From: a virus
Length of the DNA stretch: 64,000 nucleotides
Strand: one strand, 5' to 3'
Virus record (IMG/VR): IMGVR_UViG_3300017752_000004
Coordinates: 1 to 64,000 of that record
Part shown: positions 1 through 9,693 of the stretch, piece by piece
Numbering within the stretch: the first letter of the stretch is position 1
Layout of the letters: each line of letters begins with the position of its first letter
Program-made: the position numbers and the translations under genes
Notes under the pieces: model-generated
Told to the model about the DNA's origin: nothing
The model's input: only the letters and a program-made list of their open reading frames with translations
Database searches by the model: none

Positions 1-11
1 ATATTCTTTCT

Positions 12-461
12 TTGTTTCACAAGGGAGTGAGCTACAACATGGTTAATTTGAAAAAACCAAATCAAAAATGGGACTCTATTGAGGAGTATGCAAAAGAAGA
101 GGCTCCTGATGAAATTCATTTAGTCCCAGAAATCGCTGGTGCTGGAGCGATTGCTGCTGCTGTTGCAGTTTATGCGGTTAGTGCAGTTGCAACTACTTTA
201 GGATTCGCTGCTGTTGGGGGTTTTTTAGTTAACCTTGCTATCGGTTTGTTAATACAAGGCGTTATGACTCTTCTTTTCCCTGTGGAGCTGCCGAAAACAT
301 CGGCTCAGACAACAGAGACAAGGATAGACACTTCTAGTTATATTTTTACAAATTTACAAAACAACGCTATTCAAGGTTTTCCTGTTCCTTTGGTTTATGG
401 GGAGCTGCGGATTGGTTCAAATATAATTGCCACGAACGTTGTTAGCGAGGATCTTGGATAA
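12..461 (+). CDS. Tail assembly protein I-like (lambda gpI family); probably 5'-truncated by the window edge
   Basis: Hydrophobic Ala/Gly-rich segment followed by SYIFTNLQNNAIQGFPVPLVYGELRIGS (gpI/J-type PVP..YG motif); TAATG-coupled to the J gene. Confidence 0.75.
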   Translation: MFHKGVSYNMVNLKKPNQKWDSIEEYAKEEAPDEIHLVPEIAGAGAIAAAVAVYAVSAVATTLGFAAVGGFLVNLAIGLLIQGVMTLLFPVELPKTSAQTTETRIDTSSYIFTNLQNNAIQGFPVPLVYGELRIGSNIIATNVVSEDLG

Positions 462-3400
462 TGAATTACTATAAGAAAATCCTACAACGCAAAAAAGCGA
501 TAACTATCGCTGGTTCAAAAGGAGAGAAGCCTTCTTATTTGATGCCTCCGTCTTCCGCGTTTGGTAAAGTCGGTTTTCAGATTTATGAAGCTTTGGATTT
601 ATTGTGCGAAGGTCCAATTGCTGGATTGGTAGATTATGAGGGTCAAATATTAAACCCAGGTCAGGTTGTTAAAGATTTTTCTAGCAACGAGAATGTTGTT
701 GGATTTTCTGATGGCGGCATAGATAAAGGTATATATTTTGACAATATACCCCTAAGAGAAAGCACTAATAAACCAACTGTATCAAAATATAATTGTATTT
801 TTCGAGACGGTTCGGAATTCCAAACCCGTTCAGAGATATTAGCTACCCCCCAAAGATTGCAAAAATATGGCGCAGCTATTAGAGGCGCTTGGGTAAATGA
901 AAATGGAGCTAGAGATGGTAGCGGTAGTTATGATACTAGAGGTGACCGAGATTTTGTTAATTGGCAAAATTATATACCTAGAGAAGTATTAGAAAAGCCT
1001 TTTTATTATGAAAATTACGACAAGAATGTCAATTTATTAAATATCGGATTGCAGGTTGACGGGTTATTTGATACAAAAAGTTATGCCAATAAATACGAAA
1101 GTTCGGGAGGGAAAAGCAGGCTTGGAACAAATTTGCCCGCCACAGTCACTATTGAAGTGACGGTAGGAAAAATCGACGCATTAGGCGCAGAGCACGAGGT
1201 GTCCTTCGCGTCTTTTACCACTAGAGCTGGCAAAGGAGTGACACTAGGAAAAGCAAACGGAAGAATAGCTATAACTGGAGTTATAACAGCGCCGTACACA
1301 TTTACTTTAGAGGGTATAAGACTCCCTGGTCTATTAGATACGGATGTTAATAGTTTTGTTAGAATCAAAAAACTTGAAGCGGAGACCACTTCCAGTATAG
1401 TAAAAAGAGAAATCGGCGTTAGTAATATTTCCGAAGTGAACTCAGAAACATACCTTTACCCAAATTCGGCTTACGTTGGAACAGCTATTGATTCAAAGTA
1501 TTTTCCTCAAGTCCCTAGTAGAACGTTTAAATTAAAAGGTAAAAAAGTTTTAATCCCAAGTAATTATTTTCCAGTAGATAACCTTTTATACGATAGGAGA
1601 TTTGCTGATGATGATAGTTCTGCTGGAAGAATTATATATGGAGATTTGTATTTTAATAATAAGAGTTCGGGCTCTGACTCTGGTGGAGTTTCGATAAATG
1701 ATGTTGAAGTAATTTTTTTAATAGATACTTCTGGCTCAATGAGTGGAACTCCATTGTCTCAAGTACAAGCATCAATTATTAATTCATTGAACGATTTAGC
1801 ATTGGCAGGGATGTCGGTAGATTCAATAGCTATAGTAGAATATAATTCTAGCGCTACTATAGTCGCTGATTACGGTACTAGCTTACCAGATATGATAACA
1901 GCGGTAAACAATCTTTCTGCTGGTGGCGGCACGAATATGACTTCGGGCTTACAACTAATACAAAACTCTCTTATACTAAGTACAGACAAAGCAAAATATA
2001 TTTTTGCATTAAGTGATGGCGATGTAGGTAGCGCGGCAATTGCCGCTCAGCCTTTAAAAAATGATGGTGTGGTTGTAGCTACTATGGGTATAGGTATATC
2101 ACCAGAAAGTTCCTCGGGTCTAGCTTTAGCTGCTGTCGCTACCCCAGAATATATTTACTGGGTTGATGGAGACATCCCGCCTAATTTTATTATAGATGTT
2201 TTGGGGATTTTTATAATAGGTTTAGGCGAGCGAGATTTAAACGGGACAGAGTTATCATCTAATAGAAATTGGGATGGCACATTTAAATTAGGTTGGACAG
2301 ATAACCCTGCTTGGATTTATTATGATTTATTAATAAACACTAGGTATGGAATAGGATCTTATTTAAGGGATGTCGGCATAGTAGATAAATGGTCATTATA
2401 CCAAATAGGTAGATATTGCGATGCGGTTAATGATAATGGCGAATTTGTAGGCTTAAGCGACGGGTTTGGAGGTTTAGAGCCTAGATTCAGTTGCAATATA
2501 ATGATTAAGGATCAGAATAGCGCTTTTGAAGCTATACAGGATATAGCGCGAACTTTTAGAGCTATGGCTTATTTTAGCAATTCTTTTGTTAATGTAAAAG
2601 TTGACAAGCCTTACTTCAAAGAAGGCAAGCCTAGCCCACAAGGACCACCATCAGAGTTAGAATTTGCGCCTCATTTGATTTTTAATAATTCAAACGTCAA
2701 AGGAGGAGCTTTTGCTTATGCTGATGTAGATAGAAACACAAAACTTTCTGCAGTAGAGGTTTCGTTCTTAGATAAGACTAAAAATTTCACATCAGCAACA
2801 GAATATGTCGAAGACACTGAGGCTATTAAACAAGTTGGGCTGAATTTTAAGCAGTTGGATGGAATTGGCGTCACTTCTAGGGGGCAAGCTCATCGTTTGG
2901 CTAAGTACATACTTTTTGAATCTTTATACACTACAGAAACTGTATCTTTCGGTGCTGGGCTAGAAGCTTTATTGATAGAGCCTGGGGATATTATAAGAGT
3001 TGACGACGAAATGAGAAATTTCAGCAAAAACTTTGGCACAGTAGTTGGCACTAGCGGAACTGTCTCGTATTATAATCCAAATGGATTGGGCGATTATCAA
3101 GAAGGCCCAGCAGCTATTTTGGTGGAACCCGCATTCAAAAGCGATCAATTCGAAAATCTAACTGGCGGAGTTTTAAATATATTTAATCCAATAGACATAA
3201 GCGGAACAGATCAGTTTGATCAATTTCCTGGTAAAATAAACCAAGATCTTTACAAAGAATTAAACAACCCGCAAACTATAAGTTTAAAAATAAACTCTGG
3301 AGGATCTGGCTTTAGTTATCAGCATACAGATAGCGGTGTTTTTATTTTCATAGACGAGCAGGTAACGGGTACGGCAGTTGGCGGTCTAGGCAATGCTCCT

Positions 3401-6100
3401 AGCCAATGGTTCTCTAATGACGAAGCAAACACTGTTTTTGGTTCTTCTTATAGCATAGACGTGAGCGGAAGAGAGCCTAAATATTTTAGAGTACTTGGCA
3501 TTAAAGAAGATGCTGAGATGGGTTACAACGTAACCGCTACGATTCACCACACTGGTAAATTTAAATTTGTAGAAGAAAATACCATTTTTGATGTAAACCC
3601 AGACTCTTTCCAGCCAGATTTAATTACTACCCAGCTAGTTAAACCAAATCCCCCAAGCAGTGTAACCACTGGAGCTTTTTCGCAAAATTTAGATGCATCT
3701 TTGAATTTGTCATTAAGCATTGGCGATCCAGCCACTAAAGTTGGAGACAGGTATGTAGTATTTATCGAGGAGCCGAATACGAATATAGTGGTTGCTGAAT
3801 TTAATAAAAGCGCCACTTCAGTTACAGATGTTGTTTTGTCTGGAGCTGCTAGGATAGATCAAATAGGTTCTTATCAAATTAATGTATTTTCAGAGCTATC
3901 TACATCTACTACAAAAATAAGAAGCGATTTAGCCACAACAACATCTTTTGTTACTGAAGCGGCTGATTTTAATTTTAATTCAGTAACTAATTCTTTTTTA
4001 GACTACAGCGATATTTCTATTAATACTTCATATGAAACCTCTTTTAATAATTTGGAAAACGAAGGTACTGGGCAAGTTTCCTTTATAGAAAACGACAGTG
4101 CGATAAATGCAACTTTTAATTTGTCTTTTGAAGATATTTTTGGCGGCCAAGGGGCTGAAGTTATACAGAGCATATCTGGGCAAGTTATTAATTTGAAGGA
4201 CCATAAGGGTGATTTAATTAAAACAGGTTTTAAACTTTTACAAAAAGAAGAATTTTTCTCTGTTACAAATGAAGAATTAAATATTGCGTTTGGTTATACT
4301 GGGGAAGGCAAGTATAGAATGCCTCCGAATTTGGATTTTGAAGTTGGTAGTTTTTTACTTAGCGGAAGTGGGGATTTAACAACCAATCAATTTATTTCTT
4401 TTGATCAGCCGTTTTCTGGATCTGAATCTCTAGCTGTTTTCACTTCTCAGTTGATAACTGGTGAGTTTGAAAATAACTACGATAAAATAGGCAGAGTTAT
4501 TTCTGCTAGTGGCGGTTTTTATGTTACTGGAACTTCAAGTTCGACCAGTAATCATGTATACATAGCCACTAAAACTGGTAATTTTACATTTGATAATAAA
4601 AAAGATAGAATTGAAGTGGGCATAACAACAAAAAATAATGAATCTGGCTATCGCTTTGTAGAGTTCTCAGAAAATTTTGATTCTATTCCAGAGGTTTTTA
4701 TACAATCACAGGAACCTGAGATTGGCGAAGAGAGTTATTTTTCAGAAACTTCTGTAACTGGGGTATCTGTCAGCGGGTTTTACTTTAACTCTTTTCAGGG
4801 TGATTTATCTCCTGCTAGCGGCACTGGCTCATTTGCATATTTATGCACAAATCAAAATATTTTTAATGTAGCTGATTCTAGTGATTTACCTGTAGGAGTT
4901 CTAAATTATTCTTGTACTGGAGAATCTGATTTTAATTTGAATGTAGACAGTATTTTAGAGCAGTCAAATGGCACAAATAACACTGGATACAGATTTAATA
5001 ACGACCAATACGCTGTTCTTTGCCAGCGATACGGAGATGATGAATTGTTTGAAAATAGCTTTTTTGCAGTTCAATCAACTGGAGATGGAAAGAATAAAGT
5101 TTCCGAGCATGTTTTGCAAACTGGGTCTGATATTGGCGCATCTGGATCTATCATTAATGCCGATTTTCCTGACAACGCTTATAGTTTATTTAATGCTAAC
5201 GGAAATGTAAATCAATTTGTTATAGATGGAGTTAATGATGCAAACGTGACTGGATCTTTCACTTCGAAGCAGATTACCGATGGCACATTGTTATCCTACG
5301 CTGCTGGAGGCGATATCCGCGTTAGTAAAATATACGACCAGTTTGGAAATAAAGACGCTATTCAAGACATCACAGGCATCCAAGGTAAGATAGTAACTGG
5401 TGGATCTATGGTGACCTTGGACGGTAAGCCAGCTTTGGATTTTGTCAGAACAGCTACAGGGCAGAATAATGCTGTTTATTATGAATTTAGCGGAAATAGC
5501 CATATTACTGGAGTAAGCGGTCTTGAGATTTTTGCCACTGTATCTTTTGATACTGTAAATACTACATTAAATCCTTTAGCTTCGTATCAGGGAGATTATA
5601 TTGTCGGAGAGACCAAAAACCTTGCAGTAGGCGACGTGGGCTTTGGAGCTGGCAAAATAGGAGGAACACCTTATCAATACCTATATGAAAAACATGGGTC
5701 GGCTAATGCATTTGGTGGTTTTGATTTCCCTGGAGATGTAACTAAAGACGGTTGGGGCATCACTGGCAATGAAATATCTTATGATACAAAATATGTATTA
5801 AACAGTTTTGTGGGTTTTGATGATTCGGCCGCTTCTGGGTTTAGGGGTATGACTTTTGATGGGTCTTATATATCTGGTTATACAGTGACAGGGCAAAAGA
5901 ATAATATTATTGGTACTATAGGGTCTGATCAAACTCATGATAATAGTTTTGATGGAAAATTTCAAGAAGTCTTGATCTATAAAAACGTTCAACCAAACTC
6001 AAGAGAGAAGATTAGAAAAAACGCACTGTACCGATCAAATGAAGGCTCAACAAACCCGAATTTTAATTTTATACAAATAGGAGTAACTGGAACATTATGA
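461..6100 (+). CDS. Tail tip/central fibre protein (lambda gpJ-like) with inserted VWA domain and C-terminal lectin-like modules
   Basis: gpJ motifs LDLLCEGPIAGL, YPNSAYVG, WDGTFKLGWTDNPAWIYYDLL..RYGIG, YCD...EPRFSCN, GVTSRGQAHRLAKY, LIEPGDIIRVDD; 1879 aa. Confidence 0.9.
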   Translation: MNYYKKILQRKKAITIAGSKGEKPSYLMPPSSAFGKVGFQIYEALDLLCEGPIAGLVDYEGQILNPGQVVKDFSSNENVVGFSDGGIDKGIYFDNIPLRESTNKPTVSKYNCIFRDGSEFQTRSEILATPQRLQKYGAAIRGAWVNENGARDGSGSYDTRGDRDFVNWQNYIPREVLEKPFYYENYDKNVNLLNIGLQVDGLFDTKSYANKYESSGGKSRLGTNLPATVTIEVTVGKIDALGAEHEVSFASFTTRAGKGVTLGKANGRIAITGVITAPYTFTLEGIRLPGLLDTDVNSFVRIKKLEAETTSSIVKREIGVSNISEVNSETYLYPNSAYVGTAIDSKYFPQVPSRTFKLKGKKVLIPSNYFPVDNLLYDRRFADDDSSAGRIIYGDLYFNNKSSGSDSGGVSINDVEVIFLIDTSGSMSGTPLSQVQASIINSLNDLALAGMSVDSIAIVEYNSSATIVADYGTSLPDMITAVNNLSAGGGTNMTSGLQLIQNSLILSTDKAKYIFALSDGDVGSAAIAAQPLKNDGVVVATMGIGISPESSSGLALAAVATPEYIYWVDGDIPPNFIIDVLGIFIIGLGERDLNGTELSSNRNWDGTFKLGWTDNPAWIYYDLLINTRYGIGSYLRDVGIVDKWSLYQIGRYCDAVNDNGEFVGLSDGFGGLEPRFSCNIMIKDQNSAFEAIQDIARTFRAMAYFSNSFVNVKVDKPYFKEGKPSPQGPPSELEFAPHLIFNNSNVKGGAFAYADVDRNTKLSAVEVSFLDKTKNFTSATEYVEDTEAIKQVGLNFKQLDGIGVTSRGQAHRLAKYILFESLYTTETVSFGAGLEALLIEPGDIIRVDDEMRNFSKNFGTVVGTSGTVSYYNPNGLGDYQEGPAAILVEPAFKSDQFENLTGGVLNIFNPIDISGTDQFDQFPGKINQDLYKELNNPQTISLKINSGGSGFSYQHTDSGVFIFIDEQVTGTAVGGLGNAPSQWFSNDEANTVFGSSYSIDVSGREPKYFRVLGIKEDAEMGYNVTATIHHTGKFKFVEENTIFDVNPDSFQPDLITTQLVKPNPPSSVTTGAFSQNLDASLNLSLSIGDPATKVGDRYVVFIEEPNTNIVVAEFNKSATSVTDVVLSGAARIDQIGSYQINVFSELSTSTTKIRSDLATTTSFVTEAADFNFNSVTNSFLDYSDISINTSYETSFNNLENEGTGQVSFIENDSAINATFNLSFEDIFGGQGAEVIQSISGQVINLKDHKGDLIKTGFKLLQKEEFFSVTNEELNIAFGYTGEGKYRMPPNLDFEVGSFLLSGSGDLTTNQFISFDQPFSGSESLAVFTSQLITGEFENNYDKIGRVISASGGFYVTGTSSSTSNHVYIATKTGNFTFDNKKDRIEVGITTKNNESGYRFVEFSENFDSIPEVFIQSQEPEIGEESYFSETSVTGVSVSGFYFNSFQGDLSPASGTGSFAYLCTNQNIFNVADSSDLPVGVLNYSCTGESDFNLNVDSILEQSNGTNNTGYRFNNDQYAVLCQRYGDDELFENSFFAVQSTGDGKNKVSEHVLQTGSDIGASGSIINADFPDNAYSLFNANGNVNQFVIDGVNDANVTGSFTSKQITDGTLLSYAAGGDIRVSKIYDQFGNKDAIQDITGIQGKIVTGGSMVTLDGKPALDFVRTATGQNNAVYYEFSGNSHITGVSGLEIFATVSFDTVNTTLNPLASYQGDYIVGETKNLAVGDVGFGAGKIGGTPYQYLYEKHGSANAFGGFDFPGDVTKDGWGITGNEISYDTKYVLNSFVGFDDSAASGFRGMTFDGSYISGYTVTGQKNNIIGTIGSDQTHDNSFDGKFQEVLIYKNVQPNSREKIRKNALYRSNEGSTNPNFNFIQIGVTGTL
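1700..2220 (+). other. von Willebrand factor A (VWA) domain inserted in gpJ
   Basis: Complete MIDAS: VIFLIDTSGSM (DxSxS) ... GGGTNM (T) ... IFALSDG (D). Confidence 0.9.
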
Positions 6101-6990
6101 GGTTTAATGAAACAATAATTGGTCTTCACCCAGCATCGTCTGGGTACGAGCTTGAATGCTTCGTGCAGAACAACCAAGACTCAGATTTCTTGAGTGGATC
6201 TGGCTCGTTCTTAGTCGAATTCCCTAAGTTTACTGTTACTGGGCTTGAATTTAGAGGGCAAAATATAGTTTTTGAGCCCACTGGGGCAGACTTGCAGTTG
6301 ATGTCCGATATAGAGGTAATTGAAGACTTAATTGAATTGAGATGCTTCTTTTCTGGAGATTTAAATGGGGTGACTGGGCTCGCTAAAGAGAACATAAAAC
6401 TACTAGATGTCTTCACTGGGGACTATGCCGAATTTCAGCCAGACGTAATTGGTTTAACAAATTATGTCAAAGGCGGCTCTGTTAATGTAGATAAAAATGA
6501 TCAATTTATAACCTTTAATGTACTCGATTTAGATATACAAACTGGGGTGCAGAATATATTCTACAAAGTTATTCCGCTGGATTACTTAACTTTTGGGGAG
6601 TCTTCAGATGAGGCAAGTGGAATACTGTTTACTGGTTTCGACTCTTTTACCACTATAACAGAAACCGAGGCTATTATTGACAGATCTAATGCAAATGATT
6701 TAAGATTTTCTGCTAATGCTGGCATTATCGATATTTTCACAGGCACTAATATTGTTTTAACGGAAAATATACCTTTAGATTTCTCAGCTTCGTTTAGAGT
6801 TAGAACGACCTCAGAGCCGATTTCTATTTCACAAAGCGGAGGAGCGACACTACGAAGCAGCTCTTCCTCTTTCCCAGTTAGTGCTGGCGTTGTTACAATT
6901 CCCGCTGGAAATGAATTAGGAGAATTTTCAATCGATTCTTTATTGGACGTAAATGGGCAAAGAGAGGCTTACATTATATCTGAGCTGTAA
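6097..6990 (+). CDS. Hypothetical, probably tail-associated acidic beta-rich protein
   Basis: ATGA overlap with J; 297 aa; rich in S/T-G dipeptides like the other tail proteins. Confidence 0.6.
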   Translation: MRFNETIIGLHPASSGYELECFVQNNQDSDFLSGSGSFLVEFPKFTVTGLEFRGQNIVFEPTGADLQLMSDIEVIEDLIELRCFFSGDLNGVTGLAKENIKLLDVFTGDYAEFQPDVIGLTNYVKGGSVNVDKNDQFITFNVLDLDIQTGVQNIFYKVIPLDYLTFGESSDEASGILFTGFDSFTTITETEAIIDRSNANDLRFSANAGIIDIFTGTNIVLTENIPLDFSASFRVRTTSEPISISQSGGATLRSSSSSFPVSAGVVTIPAGNELGEFSIDSLLDVNGQREAYIISEL

Positions 6991-7448
6991 AACATATCTG
7001 CCTCTAATTTGAAGCCATTTTTTTTATAAAATTTTTCTATCTTAGGATTTTTCTCGCTATTGCCTACTAAAATTATTTCAAATTTGTATATATTTTTTAT
7101 ACACTCTAAACTTTTTTTAAATAATTTAATGCCATAGCCTTTTGTCTTGGGGTCGGATACCCACATATATTCTTGTATAATTTTTTTATTAACTCTAGCG
7201 TCATAAGTTTTTAGCCATACTATATAACTAACTAATTCGCCATTAACAAAGTATCCGAAACAAAAACAATCTTTAAATCTTTGCGGGTTAGAAAAATAAG
7301 AGGTAATAGAATACAAGTTCACTTCACATCCAAAATGAGTATGCTTGCCTATTTTAGCATACATTTCTTCTGTTATCGAAACTAAGTCTTCTATTACCTC
7401 TATTTTATAGAGGCCGTTTTTTAAACCAGCTTTAGGAGTTTCCGACAT
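6969..7448 (-). CDS. GNAT-family acetyltransferase
   Basis: WVSDPKTKGYGIKLF (motif A) and NPKIEKFYKKNGFK (motif B); start uncertain. Confidence 0.65.
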   Translation of the reverse strand: MSETPKAGLKNGLYKIEVIEDLVSITEEMYAKIGKHTHFGCEVNLYSITSYFSNPQRFKDCFCFGYFVNGELVSYIVWLKTYDARVNKKIIQEYMWVSDPKTKGYGIKLFKKSLECIKNIYKFEIILVGNSEKNPKIEKFYKKNGFKLEADMFYSSDIM

Positions 7449-8179
7449 TCTTTCGCTGGGACATCTTTGTAATCTTTCCAGGTCTTGATGACTTCTGGAT
7501 CGTTCTCGTATTTACCGTCCGCATAAAGCTTACGCAGCTTAGTTAGAAAAGAATTGAAGTCTGTACCTACTTTCTCTTTTAAAATGCCTTGTGGGCTAAT
7601 ATCCTTCGCTCCAGAGGATGACGGCGGAGTTACGATAGGAGCTTTATTATTAGACGAGTCAATTTCGTCCGCTCCGACAATGTAAATGCCCAAGAAATTA
7701 CGGACAGCACGAACAAAAGCGCGATTTTCTGCAATGCATTCTAAAAACTTTGCAGCAAAACCATTTGTATTGCGAAGTGTGGCGTTAGCAACGGAGGAGG
7801 ACTTCGCACCATGACTACCGAAAGGTTGTGTTGGGTTTTCATAATTGCAAATAAAAGTGATCACGCACTTGACGACAGATCTCTCTTCGGAAGACTCAAC
7901 AACGTCATAATCAACAGCGTCTATACCCCTAAGCTTCGCAAGCTCTTTAATCCCACTAAGCTTAATTAAAAGTTGGTTATCTTCTAGCCCTTCAATAGAT
8001 TCTGGGACGGGCATCTTGCGCATCTCAAAGTGGTCTTTGTTTGGGTATAGGTGTTCTGGACTAATCATAGCTCGCCAGTTGACGGAGCCATCTTTATTGA
8101 ATTTGTAATCAACAGACTCTAGGAGTCCATGTTCGTCGCGCTTCCAGAGATCTGGGCCGTATAATTTATTATTCTTCAT
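7421..8179 (-). CDS. Hypothetical, possibly Rad52/Sak-like ssDNA-annealing protein
   Basis: AENRAFVRAVRNFLGI helix after a beta-rich segment resembles phage annealase cores (weak). Confidence 0.4.
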   Translation of the reverse strand: MKNNKLYGPDLWKRDEHGLLESVDYKFNKDGSVNWRAMISPEHLYPNKDHFEMRKMPVPESIEGLEDNQLLIKLSGIKELAKLRGIDAVDYDVVESSEERSVVKCVITFICNYENPTQPFGSHGAKSSSVANATLRNTNGFAAKFLECIAENRAFVRAVRNFLGIYIVGADEIDSSNNKAPIVTPPSSSGAKDISPQGILKEKVGTDFNSFLTKLRKLYADGKYENDPEVIKTWKDYKDVPAKECRKLLKLV

Positions 8180-9296
8180 ATAGGTATAAACTTTCTAATT
8201 CTTTAGATGAGGCATCATCATAAACAAAGTTATGAGATTTGTCAAGTCTATTTGCGGAAGATTCTGAAGAGTATGTATCGCTATTAGATATGAACAGCTT
8301 CTTTGAAAAGAATTTCTGGCTATTTATTTGTTTTTCGGGCTTAATGTCTTCTATAATATCAAAATCAAAATATTTGAATCTTACGTCTGAAATGTTCTCT
8401 TTATCCTCGCAAACAATCAAAAGTCTAATTTTTTTGTTTTTAATAAAATTAAAAAACTCATTCAAATCTAAGTCGTTGTGGCATTTTTTATATTTAAAGA
8501 TAATTTGCTTTATATTGGTAAGCGCATTTATAATCTTGACGTCGAAATGTTGTTCAATATGCAGGTTCACAATACAAGTTTGACACCACTTAATAATGTG
8601 ATTGATGTCAAAATGAATATCCGCTCTGATATTTACAGGTTTTCCTTGTAGTTTTTGAGAGAAGGCAAAAAAGTTTGGGACAATCTCTACGCATTCGTTG
8701 TGAAAATGCTTACCTATTTTGATTGTTTTAAATTTTATTTCATTTAAGATACCTAATTGATCTAAAATGTTTTGAGCTATTGCTTCTGGTTTGATTTCGT
8801 TTATTCTATCGCAGGTAGCGCTAAACGAAGGTTTTATTTCAGAAAAATCTGGAGAGATGCTGATGGACTTATTTTGCTTATGCCAAAGGGGTTTTGAGTT
8901 TTCTGGATATAAGTTGAAATGCACAATTACACAGGGTACGTCATAAGCTCCTGCAATATGTCCAGGAAGACTATCGCACCCAACATGTGTCGAAGCTTTT
9001 TTGATTATATAATTCATTTGCTTGTAAGTTGATCCCAAAAAACAATAATCTACGCCTTTAATTTCCTGTTCGTCTGGGCCTCCTATTTGGATGATTTTGA
9101 CCTCCTCCTTCTGTAGATGCGGTTTGATTAGCTCCAGCACGATATCCCAATATTTGTACACAGCCCCAGGCATCTTATTGGAAGATTGTATGGTGATATA
9201 CTTATCAGGCAGACCTGGAAAAAAATGGTCAGTTATTTGTGGGCGGCCAATTTTAACCCCCAAATCTTTTGCGTAAACTTCAGCTATATGACTCAT
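8169..9296 (-). CDS. Glycosyltransferase, GT9/heptosyltransferase-like C-terminal Rossmann domain plus an extra domain
   Basis: KYITIQ..K..YKYW..IIQIGG..IKKASTHVGCDSLPGHIAGAYDVPCV (GT9 G.DS.p.HiA motif). Confidence 0.75.
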   Translation of the reverse strand: MSHIAEVYAKDLGVKIGRPQITDHFFPGLPDKYITIQSSNKMPGAVYKYWDIVLELIKPHLQKEEVKIIQIGGPDEQEIKGVDYCFLGSTYKQMNYIIKKASTHVGCDSLPGHIAGAYDVPCVIVHFNLYPENSKPLWHKQNKSISISPDFSEIKPSFSATCDRINEIKPEAIAQNILDQLGILNEIKFKTIKIGKHFHNECVEIVPNFFAFSQKLQGKPVNIRADIHFDINHIIKWCQTCIVNLHIEQHFDVKIINALTNIKQIIFKYKKCHNDLDLNEFFNFIKNKKIRLLIVCEDKENISDVRFKYFDFDIIEDIKPEKQINSQKFFSKKLFISNSDTYSSESSANRLDKSHNFVYDDASSKELESLYLYEE

Positions 9297-9693
9297 ATGA
9301 TTTTACCTCTTTGATTTCTGAATCCGAAAGCATGTTTATTTCGCTCTTAAAAGAAAAACGCATGTCGTTGGCGTGATAAACGTCTCTGGCCAATCTAATA
9401 AACTCTGGGCCAAAATCTTTTTCACGTTCCATTTTTCTTATACTATCTTCGATGATCCATAATGACCTATTAAGTTCAAAGAGGTCAGCTTTCAAACTGA
9501 TAAGTTTGAGAGGGTCCAGATTTGCAAATTCTTCATTTTTTAATATAAGACGTTCGTAGAGTTCTTTTAATTGGTTATACTCAACTGTAATATTTTTGAG
9601 CTTTTTGGGATCGAAAATCATTTGCATTTTAATCTCCAAAATAGTTAGTTTATCAATCAACTCTCCAACTGATATAGGTATTTTAATTTTCAT
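9280..9693 (-). CDS. DUF6165-like protein (commonly GT9-associated)
   Basis: MKIKIPISVGELIDKLTILEIK...LWIIEDSIR...FIRLARDVY..ND.R...K..IN...S.I.E.KSY; start reassigned to the ATG at 9693. Confidence 0.75.
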   Translation of the reverse strand: MKIKIPISVGELIDKLTILEIKMQMIFDPKKLKNITVEYNQLKELYERLILKNEEFANLDPLKLISLKADLFELNRSLWIIEDSIRKMEREKDFGPEFIRLARDVYHANDMRFSFKSEINMLSDSEIKEVKSYESYS

